Made by a program: the position numbers and the translations under genes. 64,000 nucleotides of DNA from the NCBI GenBank assembly GCA_965279515.1, contig CBDIID010000003.1, positions 4,256,001-4,320,000 of the forward strand, read 5' to 3'. The notes under the pieces are model-generated. The model had not been told where the DNA came from, ran no database searches, and saw only the letters and a program-made list of their open reading frames with translations. The stretch is from Turneriella sp. (GTDB lineage Bacteria; Spirochaetota; Leptospiria; Turneriellales; Turneriellaceae). Each line of letters starts with the position of its first letter. The stretch's first letter is position 1. Positions 58,711 to 64,000 of the stretch are shown here, piece after piece.

Positions 58711-59393
58711 TAGGTTTTGGCAAGCGACGACCGCTATATTAAAGTTGGAAAAGTTGGAGATAATTTTGTCGCGATTCCTTATTGGCAGCATAATATTTTT
58801 TATTACAAATTTTGCTTGGGGAAAATCTGTTGTTGCTGATCGATCGAAGCTAAATACTGATAGTATCAGGAATAATCAGCTGATACTTCGTTTCGAATAC
58901 TTGCCTTTAAGCTTTTCCCGCAGTCATCAGACGCTTACGATTGATAACAAAGTATATCCGAATGATACAGCGGCATTATTAGGCGGAAGTATTGAGTATC
59001 GCCGGCTTAACTTTTTTCAGCAAAATCTTTTTTTGTTTGATCGCTTTCAGCATTTAGCGGGGAGTAAGGCGTTTACGGTTGAAGGTGAAACGGAAAAAGC
59101 TGAATTGAAAGGGTCTTTGGGCATTTTTTTTGGTTGGTGTAGGTCTTGTGTTTCCGTTGAAAACGCGTTATTTATCTCTCCTCATGTAGGAATAGGAGGC
59201 CATTTTGCAAGTATGGCTTTATCACACCCGACCCAAGTCCTCTACAAACAGACGATGCAAAGGTACGGTGGGAGCATCTTTTTGGGTGTGAATTTGGGCG
59301 TGGGCTTATCTAATAATCTCGTTATAGAGATGCGTCTTGGTGTAACAAACCTTTTGTATTCTGGCTATTTCGGCAGTCTGTTATGCTTTTTAG
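58707..59393 (+). pseudogene. Putative outer-membrane beta-barrel protein with a 3' frameshift (start uncertain)
   Basis: Signal-like FLIGSIIFFITNFAWG, beta-strand pattern; an alternative frame gives Y-A-F-stop ending at 59393, abutting the lexA-like stop. Confidence 0.5.
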
Positions 59394-59996
59394 TTAAATC
59401 CGGCCAACCACTGCCTGTGCCAAACCCTCAACACGAAAACTTTCGGGGTCTGCCGCAAACGGCTCGTAACGGCTGTTTAAAGAATAAAGGAGGATCTTTT
59501 TCCCGGAGCGGACCATCCGCTTGATATAGGCCTTACCGCCGTCGGCGCAGGCGATAATACTGCCGTCCGGCGCCTCGACCGCTCTCTCGAACAGCACCAG
59601 ATCTCCGTCGAGAATACGCGGTTCCATCGAGTCGCCATGCGCCCTGACAAAGAACGGATTTTGCAGGTTTACGCCGAGAAACTGCGGTGGCAGCTCGAGG
59701 CGCTCTTCGACGTCGCCCGAGAGAATCGTGCCCTCGGGGCCGCAGCGCGCGAGGCCATAGAGGTTCACGAGAAACAAGCCCGACTCTTCGGGCGGTTGGC
59801 GCACGCGGTAGTCGGCGGGGTTCATGGGATTGCGCTCGATCATGCCTTTCTTCTCTAACTGCTGTAAATGGAAGAACACGAGGCTCGGAGTCGAGAGGTT
59901 GAGATCGTCTTGCAACTCACGGATTGTGTAGCCCTCGCCAGCGAGGCGGGTGAGCCGCGTGAGCAATTTTTTTTGTGTCGGATGTAGCTTTTTCAT
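59394..59996 (-). CDS. LexA-family repressor (winged HTH plus S24 peptidase)
   Basis: TIRELQDDLNLSTPSLVFFHLQQLEKKGMIER; ARCG cleavage loop; GDSM Ser; YIKR Lys. Confidence 0.88.
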   Translation of the reverse strand: MKKLHPTQKKLLTRLTRLAGEGYTIRELQDDLNLSTPSLVFFHLQQLEKKGMIERNPMNPADYRVRQPPEESGLFLVNLYGLARCGPEGTILSGDVEERLELPPQFLGVNLQNPFFVRAHGDSMEPRILDGDLVLFERAVEAPDGSIIACADGGKAYIKRMVRSGKKILLYSLNSRYEPFAADPESFRVEGLAQAVVGRI

Positions 59997-60021
59997 AGTG
60001 TTTCGCCGTTTTTTAATTTTG

Positions 60022-60067
60022 TAGAACAAAAATAGAACATTTTAGTTGCCGTTTTATTCTTGTTCTA
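60022..60067. promoter_or_regulatory. Candidate LexA operators in the divergent promoter
   Basis: taGAACaaaaataGAACa (GAAC-N7-GAAC, 60024-60038) and GTTTtattcttGTTCta (60051-60065). Confidence 0.6.
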
Positions 60068-60099
60068 TATATTGGCTGTAAAGCAAAAAAGGGGTATTT

Positions 60100-60834
60100 A
60101 TGTGGCACACGAAAACAGATTTTAACGAAGGGGTAAATCCCTCAGCGGAGCTCACCCTCGGCAATGCCTATAAACTGTGGAACTACCGCAGCCACGAGCG
60201 TTCGATCGCCTATATGACCGGTACCTCGGCGATTTTTCCGCTCGCGCAGGTCTGGCAGACCCGCATGGCCATCGAGGGCATCAAAACGCATACTATAGAC
60301 TGTGCGATCCGCTTCAATACCTATGCGATCGCCGAAGAGGCCTTGCGCCTCGAGATTCCGCCTGAATCGATCCACGACCAGATCACCGTTACCCGCGCAT
60401 TCACACCATACCAGATTCTCGACGCAGTGCAAGAGTTGAAAAAAAATGAAGTCGTCTTCATTCTTGCGCCTGCGAAACAGTTTTTTGACGGCGATGTCGC
60501 CTTCGATGAGGGGCTGTTTTTAATCCAGAAGCTGGTGCGGTTTTTGGCCGATGCGCATGAACGCGGGGTGGCGCTCTTCGTCGTAGAGAAGCCGTCATAC
60601 GCCGCCCCCGCGTTCAGCACATTTCTTTCCGACATTCGCCCGATCACCGACAAAAGCCGGTGGGAACTCTACCGGCTCGGCATGGATAATGCCTACCGGT
60701 TAAAGTACATCACCAACGGCAAGCTCCACAGAGATATTCTGAGCCTGCCGCAGCCCAAGGCCGACGAACGACCACGGGGGGGATCACTCAAAGCGCAAAA
60801 TTTTTCATCACAAATGCAGTTTGCTTTCACTTAA
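60100..60834 (+). CDS. Inactive RadA/RecA-like protein (iRadA-like)
   Basis: IDCAIRFNTY and ITVTRAFTPYQI RadA-type core; no GKT Walker A. Confidence 0.75.
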   Translation: MWHTKTDFNEGVNPSAELTLGNAYKLWNYRSHERSIAYMTGTSAIFPLAQVWQTRMAIEGIKTHTIDCAIRFNTYAIAEEALRLEIPPESIHDQITVTRAFTPYQILDAVQELKKNEVVFILAPAKQFFDGDVAFDEGLFLIQKLVRFLADAHERGVALFVVEKPSYAAPAFSTFLSDIRPITDKSRWELYRLGMDNAYRLKYITNGKLHRDILSLPQPKADERPRGGSLKAQNFSSQMQFAFT

Positions 60835-60843
60835 GGAGGATCT

Positions 60844-61041
60844 ATGAAAAAGAAGAACCATCTCATCCGCAGCGAGTCCGCAGAAAAGCTGCACTCGAGG
60901 CTGCTCAGGCTCTCCCTGTGGGATTCCCTGAACAGTAAGCGCAAAGAGCCGATGTCCTTTGCCTTCAAGATCACGCCGACGAGCGTGCTCAACCGTGTGC
61001 TGGCAGTTGAATATATGTCGCGCCACCGCGAAGACAACTAA
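60844..61041 (+). CDS. Small hypothetical protein (65 aa)
   Basis: Strong aaggagga RBS; TAATG coupling to the next gene. Confidence 0.6.
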   Translation: MKKKNHLIRSESAEKLHSRLLRLSLWDSLNSKRKEPMSFAFKITPTSVLNRVLAVEYMSRHREDN

Positions 61042-61316
61042 TGGGCCGCACCGTCAGCGCCTATTCGATGGTGATCGATAAGGTCATTAGTCGTTTCGAC
61101 AGCTACCGCCGCACGTTGCGCCGCGAAGACCGCGAGGCCTTCGACGATCTCATGCGTATCGCGCGCATGCAGGTGCAGGCGGGCGTGATGGCGCAGCATC
61201 CCAATGCCTTCGATTCGATGAGCATGGCGATGCTGATTCACCTGCAGCGCGAAATTACCGAGCTAAAAAAAGAAAGAAATTTCAAGGGAGAACTTTATGG
61301 GGAAAAGACAGCTTAA
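61041..61316 (+). CDS. PolB2-associated small helical protein (PPB2/arCOG07300-like)
   Basis: MGRTV...YRRTLRREDREAFDDL...A...P..F pattern; adjacent to PolB2. Confidence 0.75.
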   Translation: MGRTVSAYSMVIDKVISRFDSYRRTLRREDREAFDDLMRIARMQVQAGVMAQHPNAFDSMSMAMLIHLQREITELKKERNFKGELYGEKTA

Positions 61317-61410
61317 ACTCAAGACGAGTAAATCACAGTCGATCGCCACGGCGTTGCACGTGAGCGTTCCGCTGCTTGTTTATTGGTTGATTTTGCTTTT
61401 AGATAAATAG
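61297..61410 (+). CDS. 37-aa micro-ORF, basic N-terminus with hydrophobic C-terminus
   Basis: MGKRQLKLKTSKSQSIATALHVSVPLLVYWLILLLDK; agggag RBS at 61285-61290. Confidence 0.4.
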   Translation: MGKRQLKLKTSKSQSIATALHVSVPLLVYWLILLLDK

Positions 61411-61418
61411 GGAAAAAT

Positions 61419-61481
61419 ATGAAGAAAGAACAATATTCAATCGACCCCGATCACGACGACGATATACCGTTGGCTGCTTAG
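61419..61481 (+). CDS. 20-aa micro-ORF ending in LAA
   Basis: MKKEQYSIDPDHDDDIPLAA; aggga upstream; in frame with the polymerase. Confidence 0.3.
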   Translation: MKKEQYSIDPDHDDDIPLAA

Positions 61482-61490
61482 ACTTCGTAA

Positions 61491-63821
61491 ATGCCACAAC
61501 CAACGGCCCTCAGGGGAGACTGGAGCTTCGAGGGCTTTCTGTTCGATATCTATAATGTCGGTAACCAGATCTATATCTGGGCGATCGATGATGAGAAGCG
61601 GCTGTTTTTAGCCGTTGACGAGTATTTTCCCGTGATCTATGCGCACGGGAATGCCAATGTCCTCTATACGCTTTCCGAGCATATGCAAAAGACCGGTGCA
61701 GTCACCGGAGTGCCGCGGTTTGAGAAGAAGATTCTTTTCTATCCCAACCGCATCGTCGATGCCCTGCGTCTCGAGATCGCGCATCCGTCGCTTTTGCCCA
61801 ATATCCGCCGCAAGCTGTTCACGCTCTACCACAAGTTTGATATCTATCACTCCGATCTCGATCCGGTTACGGGTTATATGTCTGACCGCGAGCTCTATCC
61901 CCTGGCGCCGTTACGCATACAGACAAGAATTGTGGGGCCTGCTAACCGTGTTGTGCGCATCGAAGCCACGCAGCGCTCGACCGATTTTGAGTATCGTTTT
62001 CCCGATCTGCGTATTTTGCAGATGGCTTTGAAACACAGCCACCGGTTAGGCATTGGGGCACATAATCCACTATTGCTCGAAATTGCCGGCCGTAAATACA
62101 CGATCGCCGAACAAAACCACGAAGACTATATCCATAAGATCAACCAGATTATGCGCGATGAAAACCCCGATTGCATTCTGTCTTCGTTCGGTGACCAGAT
62201 TATTTTTCCATTCTTGTTTGCCGCGGCGCAGGAATCAGGATTAAAACTCGAGCTCGACCGCGATCTGACATCTTCCATTACCCGCAGTATTAAAAGAAAG
62301 GGGGCGAGCTTCAATACCTATGGCAGCTGGATCTTCCGCGCCGCTTCGTATCCGCTCTATGGCCGCTGGCATATCGATCAGCAGAACTCCTTCACCTTCA
62401 AACATACCGACCTGCATGGCACGATTGAGCTTGCGCGCATCAGCCGCATGCATGTACAGCGCGTCGCGCGCGCGTCGACGGGTAATGCGCTCACCGAAAT
62501 GGAAGCCGATGTCGCGATCCGTAAGGGGTACCTCGTGCCTTGGCAAAAAAGTGCGCTTGAGAACCGCAAGACCTGGTATGAGCTGCAGCTTTTCGACAAG
62601 GGGGGGCTGGTCTATCAACCCGATATCGATAAAGGCATTGTGCGCCACAACGTCGCGCAGCTCGATTTTTCCCAGATGTACCCGAGCATCATGCATATCC
62701 ACAATATCTCCCCTGAGACGGTGAATTGCCCCTGCTGCGCAGCTGAGCAGGATATCCCCCGAGTTCCCGAGATCGGTTACCATATCTGCACCAAACGCCG
62801 GGGCGTGGTTTCTGACGCGCTGGAGCATATACTTGCGCGGCGGAAATATTATAAAGAACAGCTTACCCGAAAAGACATGAATACAGAACAGCGGAAGATT
62901 TATGAGCAGCGCGTCGACAGCCTGAAATGGATGAATGTCGTCAGCTTCGGCTACCTGGGATTTCGCAACGCGAAATTCGGAAAACTCGAAAGCCATGAGA
63001 GTGTGACGGCTTTCGGGCGCGATAAACTTCTGACAGCAGTGCAGCTGGCAGAAGAGCAGGGCTTTGAACTCGTCCATGCAATCACCGACTGTATCTTTAT
63101 TCAGAAAAAAGACGAAACTGCGTTTATTGAAGGCGAGCTTGAGAAACTCTGCGCCGACATTCTGCGGGAGACCCGGGTCGAGATGAGCTGCGAGGGCATC
63201 TATTCCTGGGCATTGTTTTTACCTTCGCGCAACGATGATAAACTTCCCGTAGCGAACCGTTATCTGGGGCGCTTTACGACGGGCAAACTCAAGATGCGTG
63301 GCGTGGTCGTGCGCCGCAAAGATACTCCCGGGTATATCGGCCGGTTCCAGCGGGACATTATTGCCTTACTGCAGACCTGTGTGAATGCCCGCGCTGTCGC
63401 GGGCCTCTATGAAACGGCACATACGATTTATCAGAACCGGCTCGAGGCACTCGAAGCCGGAAACGTACCCTGGTCAGAGCTTTTACTGCGCCGCACGGTC
63501 AGCCATGAACTCGAGGAATACAGCGTCATGAACGGCACATCGCTCAGCATGCGTGAACTGAAAGAACTGGGGCTCACTGTATCACCGGGAGAGAAGGTGA
63601 GGTATATCGTCGTTGAACAGAAACACTACTCTCAAAGGGGGCGTTATATGTCCGAAGAAAAAGCGGCAATGCTGGGGCGTGATTACCTGCCCTATGACAA
63701 AAAGTTTTACGCAAAGCAGCTCTACGAGGCCTTTGCCGAAATTTTTGATCCCTTTATCTCTGCCAAAATTGAATCTCCTGCCGGGCAGATGCAGCCCGAG
63801 ATGTTCCGGCGGCCTGCCTGA
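61491..63821 (+). CDS. Family B DNA polymerase, PolB2 (Dpo2-like) subgroup
   Basis: DKGGLVYQP, LDFSQMYPSIM.HNISPET, LKWMNVVSFGYLG, HAITDC and KMRGVVVRRKDTP. Confidence 0.9.
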   Translation: MPQPTALRGDWSFEGFLFDIYNVGNQIYIWAIDDEKRLFLAVDEYFPVIYAHGNANVLYTLSEHMQKTGAVTGVPRFEKKILFYPNRIVDALRLEIAHPSLLPNIRRKLFTLYHKFDIYHSDLDPVTGYMSDRELYPLAPLRIQTRIVGPANRVVRIEATQRSTDFEYRFPDLRILQMALKHSHRLGIGAHNPLLLEIAGRKYTIAEQNHEDYIHKINQIMRDENPDCILSSFGDQIIFPFLFAAAQESGLKLELDRDLTSSITRSIKRKGASFNTYGSWIFRAASYPLYGRWHIDQQNSFTFKHTDLHGTIELARISRMHVQRVARASTGNALTEMEADVAIRKGYLVPWQKSALENRKTWYELQLFDKGGLVYQPDIDKGIVRHNVAQLDFSQMYPSIMHIHNISPETVNCPCCAAEQDIPRVPEIGYHICTKRRGVVSDALEHILARRKYYKEQLTRKDMNTEQRKIYEQRVDSLKWMNVVSFGYLGFRNAKFGKLESHESVTAFGRDKLLTAVQLAEEQGFELVHAITDCIFIQKKDETAFIEGELEKLCADILRETRVEMSCEGIYSWALFLPSRNDDKLPVANRYLGRFTTGKLKMRGVVVRRKDTPGYIGRFQRDIIALLQTCVNARAVAGLYETAHTIYQNRLEALEAGNVPWSELLLRRTVSHELEEYSVMNGTSLSMRELKELGLTVSPGEKVRYIVVEQKHYSQRGRYMSEEKAAMLGRDYLPYDKKFYAKQLYEAFAEIFDPFISAKIESPAGQMQPEMFRRPA

Positions 63822-63917
63822 GTTCCGCTTTGGCAGGATTTCTGTCTATTCAGAATATCTGTCGTTTCAACTTGCTACCTTCAGGACTATTTTTTGCTGA
63901 AATCTCTTCTCGAAACC

Positions 63918-64000
63918 ATGCCGGCCCCGGTTCTTTTCACCACTGCCTTGTTTTTCATGGTTTCCTGCCAACCCAATGTATTGCAGAAAAATCTCGCCCG
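63918..64000 (+). CDS. 5' end of a probable lipoprotein (truncated by the window edge)
   Basis: MPAPVLFTTALFFMVSCQPNV with a VSC lipobox. Confidence 0.4.
   Translation, partial: MPAPVLFTTALFFMVSCQPNVLQKNLA

Noticed and set aside
59394..63821. Prophage, casposon or pipolin origin for the repressor-PolB module
   Set aside because: No integrase, Cas1, structural genes or terminal repeats in the window; the polymerase motifs fit PolB2 rather than protein-primed PolB

Overview
A mostly core-chromosome window from a bacterium whose gene content suggests Leptospiraceae, Turneriella-like (an inference from the 7TM-DISM adenylate cyclase, DUF1566 and beta-propeller lipoproteins, CheX, and nuoG-nuoI outside a nuo operon). 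Housekeeping genes include pdhC, ftsQ-ftsA-ftsZ, argB, glyQ, nuoE/G/I, xth, dnaA, sufBCD plus SufT, thrC, mraY, tRNA-Thr and tRNA-Tyr. There is also a ParE-type toxin-antitoxin pair and a CheA-like kinase with a receiver and CheX. An AT-rich, decaying island at about 55.7-59.4 kb holds an intact IS5-family element inside a DUF1566 lipoprotein gene, a frameshifted lipoprotein with an LDL-receptor-class-A-like module, and a frameshifted outer-membrane protein. Two observations stand out. (1) At 59.4-63.8 kb a LexA-like repressor is divergent from an operon of an inactive RadA-like protein, a PPB2-like small protein, three micro-ORFs and an archaeal-type PolB2 polymerase, with GAAC-N7-GAAC-type boxes between them. 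This is a candidate bacterial SOS mutasome. (2) A dispersed element of about 55 nt occurs five times with covarying stems and loops matching or resembling the CsrA/RsmA ANGGA hairpin. Copies sit in intergenic regions, in a tRNA spacer and in-frame inside proteins. All family assignments come from motif recognition by eye; no searches were run.
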